Origin: Octopus sinensis
Taxonomy: Eukaryota
NCBI RefSeq assembly: GCF_006345805.1
Contig: NC_043000.1
Location: 66,712,001 to 66,776,000 of the forward strand
Length of the DNA: 64,000 nucleotides
Direction of reading: 5' to 3'
The notes beneath the pieces were generated by a model that had not been told where the DNA came from, ran no database searches, and worked only from the letters and a program-made list of their open reading frames with translations. Positions within the stretch are counted from its first letter, which is position 1. The number at the start of each line of letters is the position of its first letter. This document shows, piece by piece, positions 1 through 11,960 of this stretch. The position numbers and the translations under genes are program-made.

Positions 1-282
1 TACTTGTTTTGAATTAACCATGCATTATCTTATAGGTTCAAGATTTCATTTATGTATTTGTTTTATTATTAGAAAGATATTGTAGGGCAGGTATGAGAGG
101 CCAAATCTAGTTAGTTTCAGCACCAAACAGGGAAAATATTATGGTCAGATATGACCAGTTTAAATACTAAAGGGTTAAATCTATTTTTGAAGTTTTTGTT
201 TGGCCATTCGTTTTTATCTCTACAAGATAGTATCTAATATCATCGTAGAACGATCCCTTTTGGCAGCATTTTATGAAGTCGA

Positions 283-686
283 TCGTAGCTGTGTGGTAAG
301 AAGCCTGCTTCTCAACCACATGGTTCCGGTTTCAGTCCCGCTGCGTGGCACCTTGGGCAAGTGTCTTCTACTATAGCCTCGGGGCCGTCCAAAGCCCCAT
401 GAGTGGATTTGGTTGACGGAAACTGAAAGAAACCCGTCATATGTGTGCGTGTGTGTGTGTCTTTGTGTCTGTATTTTTCCACCCCTAAAGCGTTTGACAA
501 CCGATGTTGTTGCGTTTACGTCCCTGTAATTTAGCGGTTCGGCAAAAAAGACTAATAGCATAAGTGCCAGGCTTAACTAAGAAATAAGTACTGGGATCGA
601 TTCCTTCGACTAAAAATTCTTCAAGGCGGTGCCCCAGCATGACTGCAGTCTGATGAGTGAAACAAGTAAAAGATAAAAGATAAAAT
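283..686 (+). mobile_element. tRNA-derived SINE family A (CORE-like, resembles octopus OR2-type)
   Basis: A/B-box-like head (GCTGTGTGGTAAG...GGTTTCAGTCCC), CORE-like TGCGTGGCACCTTGGGCAAGTGTCTT, internal (GT)n and tail TGAAACAAGTAAAAGA; about 10 homologous copies in the window. Confidence 0.85.
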
Positions 687-1171
687 ATAGTAATCAGCAA
701 ATATGGCTATACAGACTGTTTATGCATGATGCTTCTATTTCAAAAGGCACATATTTGCAATCTAATTAGTTAATTAAAGAAACAATGATGTCAATTAAAT
801 CAACAATCTGTTGCTACAAATCTGTTGCATTATATTCCTTACAAATACCAACCAGATACTAAATCAAGCTCTGAACCAACAGACTTATCAAATGCGTTTC
901 AGTTATGACTATCCTATATGTAGGACTATACTGACCAATGCGGCGCTCGTACTTTTTAATTTTTTTTATTTTATAGACAACAACGTGTGGCTTGTTTAGG
1001 CAACGTGTCAGTCTAATTAAATAATAACAGATGCTGGTTCTTGGTGAGTTTAATAGTTTAAAGCAGTAGCCCTAAACAGTAAAATCCACAAACTGTATAA
1101 CTAAAATAATGATTGAAACCGAGATTGAAATTGTCTGAAACCACAAAACTACAATCTTCTCGAGAACTCAC

Positions 1172-1429
1172 CTTGCACATGTATTTCCTGAAACTGTCGA
1201 TTCTTAATTGTTCGAATGTTATCTACGTCGATTTCACTGATTTCAAACGACAAGCGAAGTCCATGCGGCATCCATCTTTATTCATATCTATCAGCGCAGT
1301 TAAAATTCGTGCCAGCGCGACTTAAGTTTCTCCTTACATACGATAAACGATAAAATATGCATCAAAATACTCCATCCCCATCAGTTCTGTCCGAAGTGAA
1401 CCACTCCTCGGCCACTTTGGTTTACGCTT
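1172..1429 (-). CDS. Putative exon of unknown gene (UTR plus possible start MPHGLRLSFEISEIDVDNIRTIKNRQFQEIHVQ, CDS 1271-1172)
   Basis: On -: long polypyrimidine tract ending TTGAACAG| and a strong donor CAAG|GTGAGT; 33 open codons, but several upstream ATGs and no recognised homology. Confidence 0.3.
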
Positions 1430-1809
1430 CTGTTCAAGCCAAAAATAACAACAACAAAAGGACAAGCGGAAGGCAGAAGTAACTATAAACAATAATAAGC
1501 AACCATACGTAACAAACCGTACCTAAAGTAAACGAGTAAGAGAATGTAATTTAATAATGGGAAACCTAAAACTTATATAGGTAGGATTTGCATTTATGAA
1601 GATTTGTACCATTTGCACTAACGTTAAGATCTGGAAAATGTTTAACATAAGCGATCAGTCCTCATCCGATTTTTAGATTTTAAATTATAAAGCATGGTCT
1701 CTTAACCAAACAACAGTTAATGCTGTATAAATGTGCACGGACGTTCCTTTGAACAGGTAACCTTTGGAGTTTGTATGAATCTATGCATATATGTATGCAT
1801 TTATGCATG

Positions 1810-2700
1810 CATATATGTCCTTATTCAGTTTTATTTCGTGCCAATAGAGAAAGGGCTCGTTTCTAGCCTAGATCCAAGGTTCCTTCATTCGAATTTCGAC
1901 ATCAACAACAATGTATGTATGTATGTATGTATGTATGTATGTATGTATGTATGTATGCATGTATGTATGTATGTATGTATGTATGTATGTATGTATGTAT
2001 GTATGTATGTATGTATGTATGTATGAATGTATACGTGCAGGTTTGTATGTTTTGCTTTATGTCTGTCTTTTCATGTATATACTTGCATATCTAGACATGC
2101 TCATGTATACGTAAATGATAAAGTGCGGAAAAGTTTTACAAATTTTTACAGTTCCAGTGATGGCTTGGATCTGTAGTCTTCGAATCAGCTTTCTCCTTTC
2201 TGGTTCTGAGAAACCTTAATTTCTCAAGATTGGTATTTAGGCAGTATATTACATATTCCAGTGCTCCAATAATTACAGTTATAAACCTGGACTTGTACCA
2301 TAACTGTACACAATTTCTTTTCTCTGTCCCGAATCATTATATCAGGTCTATTGTGTTTATATTTTATTGAAGTTTTTACTAGGACATTCCACCAGTACTC
2401 CTTTTTATAATGAGTGGCTATGGCTTCCACCATACTGTAGGTTCTTATTTTTTGGTCCTTGGGATTATTCTTTTGACGGATCTAGTTATACAATGTCCTA
2501 GCTATAATATCGTATCTCATCAGTAGATGATAACGTAATGACATTTTCGGACAACTGCTTATGATGTGGGTGATATATTCGGTGTTAACTTCACAAAATC
2601 TGCATCGGTTGTCACATATTACTGTTTTTCCTGCGTCTCTGTCCCTTTTGTGCATCAGGTATTATTTGGTTGATATTTCCTGTTCCTAGATTGCAAAAGC
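1810..2700 (-). mobile_element. 3' fragment of REL-type non-LTR retrotransposon (CCHC finger plus restriction-like endonuclease) with (CATA)n in 3'UTR
   Basis: Translates CDNRCRFCEVNTEYITHIISSCPK...WWNVLVKTSIKYKHNRPDIMIRD; the 3'UTR matches the copy at 34.85-35.35 kb. Confidence 0.8.
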
Positions 2701-2704
2701 ATGC

Positions 2705-3110
2705 CCTTCAAAGTGGGAGGAAGTATTGCTTAGCAAAAGTTAGGGCTTTCAGAAGGAGGGGCTCAGATATGGAAGGGTAAAAGTCGACAATGTCGAACTG
2801 GGTGAATCTACAGGTTGATTTTTTTCTCGATACTGTGGAACCAGTCGACCACGGCTGCGCTGGAGTTCCATTGTGTCAACCCTGTAGCTCTTCTGATACC
2901 GGTGTTGATAGCATGCAGAATAATACTTCTCTCACTTTTAGAGGGGTTGATCAGCCTGCATTTGGGCTTGGAGTGGAAGCTAGGCTTATGGTCCTTGAGT
3001 GTAATATGGGGGGGGGGGTCGCGTGGCGAGGCAGTCCACGTGATCCTCTGTATTAAGGCGGGTGGCTAGCTCCTTTGCTTCTGTGTTTATGTTGAAGATT
3101 CTCCCAGCAT
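2705..3110 (-). mobile_element. Penelope-like element RT fragment
   Basis: Reads INTEAKELATRL...HITLKDHKPSFHSKPKCRLINPSKSE...QWNSSAAVVDWF...FTQFDIVDFYPSISEPLL, typical PLE RT motifs. Confidence 0.8.
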
Positions 3111-6100
3111 ATGCATTCGTTCAGATTCAGGGACAAAGAGAACTCTACTTCCTTCTCTCTAAGATGAAATACCCAGCATCAAGTGGACTATTGTCGACAG
3201 GGCGCCACTATTTTCACCTGGACTGCCAGCTCTGCCTTTGCCCCAATACCTACTTCGCCCCCAATAAACTGACCGATTTCCTAATCGCCACGTGGTCTAT
3301 TTCCTGTCCTCCATGTGGTCAATTTCCTGTTTACCATGCGGTATTTTCCAGCTAACTGATACCCATATACCAACATCAAACCACGACACCGCGTGACTTT
3401 TCTCGACCAATCGCAGCCCACCTTACGGTAATAACAAAAGAAAAACACAAGGAAAGACACAAAAAATAGAAGACACAACTCCTGTAACAGAAGAAGAAAT
3501 GGATTTTACCATGGTTACATCACACAAGAGAAAAAAGGCCCAAGCCACGGACGCTCCTCCCCATACAAAGAAAACAAGCAAGCATACTACAGACACATAC
3601 GAAAAACACACCACACCACCCCCTTGTTAAAATCCTTCACCAAACCCCACTCCAAGACGCAAGAAAAAATTATATCTTTCAATGAAAGAAATGATGTGTT
3701 ATCAATAATCACCAGAGCTCACTTCAAAGCTCGAGTGTACAAAGGTGTCTTTTGTTGCTTTGTACACTCGAGCTTTGAAGTGAGCTCTGATGATAGTCGG
3801 TGGGGGGACGGGGAGGCGGGGCGTAGTGGTCTTATTCAGGAAAAACTTGGACGTACAGGTAAGTACAGTCTTTCTGGACCCAGAAGGTAGGCTGGTCGTC
3901 TTGGGTGTGACACACGTAAGTAAACAGTCGTCCTTCAAGTTGGTGGCTGTCTACGCTCCCAAGGAGTGTAGACAAGCTGTTTTTTTTCTGGGAGCTGGAG
4001 AACTTCTTAGTGACGTTAAAATCTCTAGTTGTACTAGGAGACTTTAACATTATTGTCGACGCACGGGTGAATAGTGTTGGCTCGACTGATAGAAGAGGAA
4101 ACCCTAGGAAGCTATAATCTAGTGGACCAATACAGGCTGGATGAATCGCTGGTTCCACAGTGGATGTGGCCTAATAACGACGGTTCACTCAGATCTTATT
4201 TAGATAGGATATTCGTTAGGGATAGAGTTAGGAAGACGTTAATTGTCCACGCTTTTGTTATATCCCTTATACGGATCACAAGTTTGTGACGCGTGAGGTG
4301 TACCCTAGGTAAGTGTCATAGGCATATATAAGAGTACTGGAAGATGAACAAGTCTATTATTTTGACTTCTAAAACCGTCCGTGCCCGAGTTAAGGAGTTA
4401 TTGCAGAGTGTATTAACCGGCGCCATCATTAATAATAGGTGGTGGCGTGCCCTCAAGCGAGCCATTCGTTCTGAGTCTGTTAGATTTAGTTAACAGCTCA
4501 GTCTAGAGAAGACTAGAATAGAAGGGAGCCTAATTAAGGAATTAAATGAGGCCATAGAATCTTGTTCTGCATCGAGATTGATGGCAGCGAAAGCGGTTTT
4601 TTTCCGTCATCTCAAAGCCGAAGAGGAAGGGTTTAGAGTCAGAGCTAAGTTTCGTGCGGTGAGGAGAGAGAGAGAGTATTAACGTTGCCGGATCGGCACG
4701 TCGTGTGGAGAGTCGGAGAGGCAGACGTGCTTCTACCAAGTCTTTAACGACGAACATGGGCGTACGATTGAAGTATAGGAGGAGATGCAGAAGGCTTTTC
4801 ACCAGCATTTCGCCCGGTTGTTCGGGGAGAGCGGCGGGATGGACCGTGGGGAGTCCCTAAAGGACTTCCTCGCCGGTGGGCCGCGACTCTTCGCACGGAG
4901 GCGGAATGTTCTGAAGGGCTTATAACAGCTACGGAGGTTGAAGAGGTGCTGGCTGAGTGCTCCAGGGACATGTCGCCGGGGCTGGATAGTCTGCCCTATG
5001 AATTTTATCGTAGTATACCAAACTTGGTCGGACACTTGTTGGCCTGCGTCTACACAAACTGGCAGCAGAATGGGAGGATTCCCAGCTCTGTGAGTCGGGG
5101 AGTGATGACGTTGACCAGAAAAGACATGAGCAAGGGAGACCATATTAGTAATTTTAGGCCCATAAGTCTACTTAATGTAGAGTTAAAGAGTTTGGCGAAG
5201 GTGCTAGCGAAAAGGCTGGCGGGTGTCGCGGAGAAACTTGTTGGGAGAGCGCAGACATGCGCCATCCCAGGCAGATCAATCCAGGACAATCTCCATCTCT
5301 TGCACTACACCCTAGACAGGGTTGGTAAATTATCTGGTAAAGGTGGGGCACTGGTCCATTTAGACCAAAGTAAAACTTTTGATAGGGTAGACCACCAGTA
5401 CCTGGCGGCGGTCTTCGAGGCGGCTGGGCTAGGCCCAGACTTCCGTGGTTGGATCACTGCCATTTATGGCGGCATCAAACCCGCAGTCCAGATAAACGGT
5501 TACCTGTCGGTGCCACTTGGGATCAAGCGCTCAGTTCGTCAAGCGTGTCCCCTGTCTCCGCTTCTATATGTACTGGCTCATGAGCCATTGCTGCGGAGGC
5601 TGGAGAGTGGTAAGTCTGTTTCTGCATATGCGGATGACGTCACCATCACCCTGCCCGATGAAGATCAGCTACCTTGTGTAGAGGATGCAATCAAAGGATA
5701 CGAGGCGGTGGCAGGGGCAAAAATTAACAAGGACAAGTCCATCGGGTTGGGGCTCGGCAGCTGGAGCGGCAAGACGATAATGGAATGTCTGTGCCACCGA
5801 CATGCCCAAGGTGCGGACACGACGATGAAACCGTTCTGCACGCTCTTGTACAGTGCCCGGAGCTTTCTGCCTTGATAATTTACGTAGAACACGTGTTGTC
5901 GCATCAAGGAAGAGTACAGCTATCCGCTGAGTCCATGATCAATATTGTACCGCCACCCGGACTATCAAAGGAAGGTGAGGTATGTTTTTTATGTACAGTC
6001 GCAGTGTTGAAAGAGTGTTTATGGAGAACTAGAATGAAAGGTGTTGCGACGGAAACTTTTATCTCTGTCCTTGGGTTGCTATATTACTTCAGATATTATC

Positions 6101-6442
6101 TGAAGAGCAAGAGAGGGCTGGAGAGGAGACACCTGTCGCGAAGTATATTCGAGAAAAGATGGAAGGATGTAGCAAGGAAGTTGGATGTGAATGACCCTAC
6201 TTAATCTCATTCTTAGTAAAAAGCATGTTGTAGTCGTTGGGCTCCATGACCAAGGGTAAAAGTTGTAAAACTGTAAATTTCTTAAAATATAAGTGTAAAT
6301 TTGTAAAATGTGTTAAATTTTGAAGTTAATAATCATCATATTTTTAAAAAAACACTTCTAAAATAAACTCATAAACGTACTATTTGTTTGTAATGTCCTG
6401 TGATCTCCCCTCTATGTATGATATTTTTTTATCGTAATAAAG
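3110..6442 (+). mobile_element. Decayed Tx1/L1-clade LINE (ORF1 remnant, APE, RT with internal deletions, C-terminus, 3'UTR)
   Basis: APE-like GRRGVVVLFRKNLDV...LVAVYAP, SYLDRIFV; RT ORF 4946-5875 with NFRPISLLN, LDQSKTFDRVDH, AYADDVTI; CPRCG motif and end at 6204; AATAAAG at about 6436. Confidence 0.88.
4946..5875 (+). pseudogene. Reverse transcriptase ORF of the Tx1-like LINE (internally deleted)
   Basis: SPGLDSLPYEFY, RPISLLN, QSKTFDRV, RQACPLSPLLY, YADD motifs; segments missing near 5600 and 5780. Confidence 0.85.
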
Positions 6443-6605
6443 AATCACCTCTTAGGTACATGTGATCGACAAGAGTCTAACTCGAAACTTCGATGTCCCA
6501 GATTCCCGAGAGAGAGCCTTTAGCAGTTGAAATATGTGACAAACATATTTCAACTAACTTAGATTGTGATTATACGTAAACACTGCTTAGTACAATTACA
6601 CCGGT

Positions 6606-6615
6606 ATATATGTAC

Positions 6616-6700
<85 letters not shown>
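6606..6700. repeat. (TA)n microsatellite
   Basis: Direct reading. Confidence 0.95.
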
Positions 6701-7224
6701 GATTGTGTGTATATAATAAATTAGGGCAGTCGTGAATCAGTCCGTAACCAAAGAATAGAATAATCACATTTGAAGTGTAATGAGATCATATCCTACATAT
6801 GTGTGTCTTTTAATTAGCATTTGAATGAGTATGTGGAATTTCAGAAACTTGAAAATATGCCAGTAGTTCATATCCAACAAGTTATTTTCCCCAAAGACTT
6901 GTCCGTTACTTTGTTTGTCATTGTTCCTTATTATTTATTCTGTGCCTAGAGATATGTGGCACAGAGCGTCGTTCCATCACTAAATATTCTGCTGCTGTTT
7001 CCGCCAATCTTTCACCGTATGGATTAGCTATCATATCTCACTTGCACGACTCATTTTTCCGCGCTGATAATTTTTATATCTGTAGATGAAAATAAGTCAA
7101 CATGCTGACCAATAGTCACGTCATTTTCCTGTATTGATTGATTTGACGTCATCTCTTTTCCTTTTTTCCAAGTGTTAGTGTTGTTTTAAAATTGAGAATC
7201 GAAACCACTTATACGTAAGAATTT

Positions 7225-7231
7225 ACACACA

Positions 7232-7299
<68 letters not shown>

Positions 7300-7317
7300 C
7301 GGACGCACGCACGCACG

Positions 7318-7350
<33 letters not shown>
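7225..7350. repeat. (GCAC)n/(CA)n microsatellite
   Basis: Direct reading. Confidence 0.95.
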
Positions 7351-7589
7351 TTTTGACTTGTCAAGAAGAATTTGCATGACTGCGTTCCAGTCCTAAAGCC
7401 GGCAATATATATACATGCAAGCATACATACATACATACATACATACACACATACATACATACATATACGTATATATATATATATATATATTGATAGAAAT
7501 GGTAAGACAACAAAAGAATGAAAGAGACCTCGATATTATGGCTACCGAATAATTGTCACGTATTACATTTACAGATATATATATATATA

Positions 7590-7920
7590 TATCAAAATGT
7601 TTCTCCCATCGTCCATTATTTTCCTCTCGTTCTGGTCTAACGACCTTCCATGTTTGTTTTCGTTCGGATTCCTTGTATGTCTCCACTGTCATTTTTTTGG
7701 GTTCCCAAATTTGATCCTCCATAAATACTAGATTTTATTTTAGAATTTATGGGAGCAACTGTTTTTGAAGAGTCGTTAAATGCTCGAAATGTGGAGTAGA
7801 TAGACAGCCAACAACTGATGAAAAGTCCTTTCTCTGTGTTTACTTGACTTGTTTTCCATTTTTTCTCGTTGTTTACGTATTTCATGTTATCTGCACCGTT
7901 GGTGACATCCTGTAGCCATA
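7590..7920 (-). mobile_element. Possible LINE ORF2 linker fragment (RTE-like)
   Basis: ENNGRWEKHF resembles the RW-E-HF linker motif; heavily decayed. Confidence 0.35.
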
Positions 7921-7960
7921 TATGCATGTACATATATATATATATTATCATATATATATA

Positions 7961-8011
<51 letters not shown>

Positions 8012-8059
8012 ATATAAGCACACACATACACACACACACACATATATATATATAAACAC

Positions 8060-8360
8060 ACATATACATAAGTTCAGGCTTATACCTATGATTAAACTTT
8101 CCACAAATTTATCATCTAACTTGTATTTGAGCATGTCTAGACATGCAACTATATGCATGAGAATACATACATAAAACAAAACATACATACATACATACAT
8201 ACATACATACATACATACATACATACATACATACATACATACATACATACATACTAGCGCATTAAAACAAGTGTCTGCGGTATACTAGTTCGATGAAACC
8301 GGTTACCTAGTCTCGCCTCCTAAAATGAATATCTTTGTTTCAATGTAATAAATAAATCTA
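8060..8360 (+). mobile_element. 3'UTR fragment of the (CATA)n-carrying REL LINE family
   Basis: GAGCATGTCTAGACATGCAA...CATACATAAAACAAAACATAC matches the reverse complement of 2040-2110. Confidence 0.6.
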
Positions 8361-8963
8361 TTAATTGACAACTGTAATTTTAACGGACAGATAATCAGCA
8401 AATGAGACTATATTCCTGGAAACCACTTTGGAAATCGACCCAGAATTTGAAAGACTCTGCATCATACACACTCTGTATTCTGTTGGAAATGTTGTTCTCA
8501 GTAGTATCTTTATGGACCTGTTTTTTTTTTTATGTTGAGGCATTTTTTGAAGTTGAGTTATGGACAACTGCAGTTTTAATTCAAAACTCCTGATATCGAT
8601 AAAAAAGAAAGTAATAAGATTATTCGCTTCCAACTTTTGTATGTACTAGTGACCAGATAACAAAATCATTTTTGATCCTCCAAGACCGTAATGGAAAGAC
8701 TTTAGTATTCGGGAAAAACTTGACTTCATCTTTGAACATGTAAGGCCTTTGCTACCGAACCTTACATTGGCACAACAAATCATCTTAATCTGTTCCAAGA
8801 TCCCTTTCTCTGCAATTAGTTCCCGCACCTCATAACTTTTTTTGCCCTGCGGAAGTATTTTCATTAATATGACTCTTGAAAACAGTGCTTGCATAAAGAT
8901 CTTTTTGAAAATGCTCATATGTCTAAACACACAATCCTTTGTTATTCTTTATACTTGGCCCAG

Positions 8964-11480
8964 CAGTGGCGTTCCAGAGTGTATATTTTATAAAGTGTAA
9001 CTTAAGTTTTACAGATATGACAAACGCACTGTCTGAAAAAAATTTTTTCCATTAACCACAGATATGATAAAACCTTTGCCCTGAACTGTTGTTGTTTTAT
9101 TAAAATTAATTGTTCAAAAGGAATTACATTATATGCACCAAAAAAAAAATATATTTAATAAAAATATTTAATAAAAAGAAGAAAATGAACCGTGTTACCA
9201 TCATGCAAATTTTTGCTCTTTATTTGTAATGACCTAACGAGAATCAGCATAGACACAAACGTGAATTCACACTAATTGTCCGTAACTAATAACACATGTT
9301 CCCAAATGAGCTTTCGAGTCGATGATGAGCAGTACAAATACTAAATAATAATTGACTTCAGTAAAGGTGCAGAAACTAAGTCATCCAGTCGTATGTCTTT
9401 TTGACTCATGATTAATGTCACAAGACAAAATTTATAGCTAATACAAATTTGTCCATGCCTTATTGGATATTGAAAGCACCTTAATTACTGCTTTGATCTT
9501 AGGATATAAGAGAATTTTCTTTTTACCGTGTGGTTCCTGAACCCTGCTCTACACGATTAGAATACATGCTAGAAATAGCAACTAAATCTACCTTAAGAAA
9601 GAGCTTGTTTACACCTATTTTGGTTATTTTTAATAAAGCTTTCATGTTTCACTTTGCTGAAAAATTGGTGCTCAGCTGGTGATTAAAATTGCAATAGTAA
9701 GTTACTCTGAAGTTTATATTCCTTGCAAAATAAAATTTTTCTTCCTTAGAAAATTGGTACTAATGAAGTGTGCTCCATATTCTGCACCAAATTCTTTAAC
9801 TAACTTGAAACAGCTGGACATGAAAATGTTTTGATGACTTTTCAGAAACATCTGAGAATGCCATCCAAGCCTTTTCCTTTTTCTTTTTTATTTGTAAAAC
9901 TCAAATCCGTCTATATTTATACTATAAAACTGTTCAAGGTTGAGACTATTTCCCTTTATGATTTTTACATTATGAATGCTGTTGCATTTGAGTAAAACAG
10001 GAATACTCTAGCTTCTAAAAGAAATCCAAATTCAGAATCCAAAACATGAAGACTGATAAATCTTTCTTTCATTTCATTATGGATTCGTTATTCTCATCAT
10101 TTCTTCTTTAACGGCTAATCCTTGACCTTTTCCCCAGATGTTTGTTTCTTTCTTCTGGAGTGTCTTTCTCCTTCAATATTACATTCTTCACATAGTTTCA
10201 GTTATGGCAAGAATCATGACACTCCCTGTGAGAATGAACTAACCGAACTCGTATAAGTAGCAGCGTGTTTGACTGAGAGCGAGAGATGAGAAATCGCAGG
10301 AAGTCGAAAGGTGTCGTTCCTGAGTTCGTGGAGTAACAGGAAATTTTTGAGAAGTCGTTATAGTTCGTTGAGAGTTGTTTGGGATTGGTTACAGTTGTTG
10401 GCAGAGTATCTGGGAATGCATCAAGTGGAGACGGTTGATGTCTACTCCGTTATGTGGATATGTATATAACCCTGGTATAAGTCGGCATTATAAAAGTGGC
10501 ATACAGCGCCACGTTGGAGACAAGGATATCTGCGTTATAAAAGCTTCACGCCAGCTTCAAATGATTCACTGGTCAATTATTCTCGACTACTTCAAAAATA
10601 ACTTCGAAGAGTCTTAAAATTGCAAGCATGATCGTGAAAACTAATAGTATGATCTCGGAAGTATTTTTGAACACAATCAATTCGAATAAAGATTTTCATC
10701 TAAAATCCAAGAAAGGCCAAGAAATAAAAAGTTTGATTTCGATTATCAACTACAAAAAATCCAATATGATACCAGACAATTCATGAATTGACTGCAGTCT
10801 CTGTTTTAACATTTCATCACGTTTTAAATCGAGGTGACATCTATTGATGAAGCATCTTTCAGCTTTTACCAACGCGGTGTTGAACAGGGCAAGAACGAAT
10901 AAAGCGTCTGAATTGCAGTGAAAAAAGAATGCATCATGTTTAGCAACACGAAGTCCGGCTAAACTGTCACAATGATTATTGCAGCTTACAAAAATAGCTT
11001 CGCAATGTTTTCATTAATCCTGTTTAACATTACTTATATAAACAGCCATAACTGCAGTATTGTCATAGCAATGAAACCGACAGTCTTCTAACGTATTTCG
11101 TCTTCTACAAATTGTTCTAAAAACTACATAGACCATTCTCAGTATCCATCGTTGTAACTGAATAAATCAAAGAAGAAACTATTATATGAAAGCTGTTTTC
11201 TTCTTAAAATCAATATTAACATATCGAACTATTTCGGTCAATTGCTCTCAGTGCACTTGATCTGTGACCAAACTGAAAATGGGTCCAGAATATTAGGCAT
11301 TATAAATGCTACACTGCAATATCTGGCAAGCAATACACACCATTAGCTGAATGCGTTTATTCTGCGTTGATATTCAAATATTATTACAGGTTCTTTTCTA
11401 TATTAATGACATGTTCTTTAATAACAAATTCAAAAGTTCGCCTACAATTTTAATATCCAACCCAAACAAAGAGGTTTCAA
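8964..11480 (-). mobile_element. hAT transposon fossil (ZMYM1-like/Tip100-type transposase), interrupted at about 10227-10560
   Basis: Broken frame reads EQLTEIVRYVNIDF, LEDCRFHCYDNTAVMA, FVSCNNH, IQTLYSFLPCSTPRW, ERFISLHVLDSEFGFLL, LTIAI; CAGTGGCGT TIR-like start at 8964 is tentative. Confidence 0.75.
10227..10560 (+). mobile_element. LTR plus PBS fragment of a Gypsy-like element nested in the hAT fossil
   Basis: Starts TGTGAG; PBS-like TTGGAGACAAGGAT at 10514; shares AATCGCAGGAAGTCG-AAGGT with the LTR at 47205-47390. Confidence 0.55.
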
Positions 11481-11768
11481 AACTATTTTTTATCTTCCTA
11501 GGTATGAGTTCCTCGTGACTAAGTGGTTAACGACTCTTAAAAACAATTGAGAAAAATTTGTGCGAAACATCTCAGTATTTTTTTTATGCAATTGGAGCTT
11601 GATGCTCTCTGTCAATGATTCCAATTCTTTAAAAGGATTCTTTTTAATTCTTTTTTATTCTTTAATCATTTTTCTTTAAGCATTTTTCGCTCACAAACTT
11701 GAATTTTATATTCACACTCCTCAAACGAAAAAAAAAAGCACATACATATTACATTTTCACGAGTGGTA

Positions 11769-11960
11769 ACAGTGACTTTGATGTTTCAGCTTGCTTCCCT
11801 TCATCGGACTGTGCTATATTTAAGTTTATGTTGGCTCTATAAAATCTTTAATAAATTTGTTTTTTCTGGTGTGGATGGAGCTATGTAAAATGATAATTAG
11901 GTTACAAGGTGAGTTCTGATGGAAAGATATTGTAGAAGGTTTTATTGTTTAAAGTTTCGG
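11769..11960 (-). mobile_element. Penelope-like 3' end with type I hammerhead relic
   Basis: Decayed C-terminal PCNL-like coding followed by ACAGT-CCGATGA-AG...CT-GAAAC-ATCAAA-GTC-ACTGT. Confidence 0.55.

Noticed and set aside
646-662. CTGATGAGTGAAAC hammerhead-like core
   Set aside because: It is a mutated SINE A tail (consensus CAAATGACTGAAAC) with no stem II
977-1043. Plus-strand exon-like segment with good acceptor and GTGAGT donor (ATG CTG GTT CTT G)
   Set aside because: All frames from the acceptor have stops and it conflicts with the minus-strand candidate; chance splice motifs are common at this AT content
6950-7090. Open frames after a strong acceptor (ICGTERRSITKYSAAV...)
   Set aside because: No convincing donor and no recognisable homology
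10212-10564. Solo LTR with an AATCA/AATGA target-site duplication
   Set aside because: A PBS-like sequence lies inside the interval, so it is better read as a truncated LTR plus leader; the TSD is imperfect
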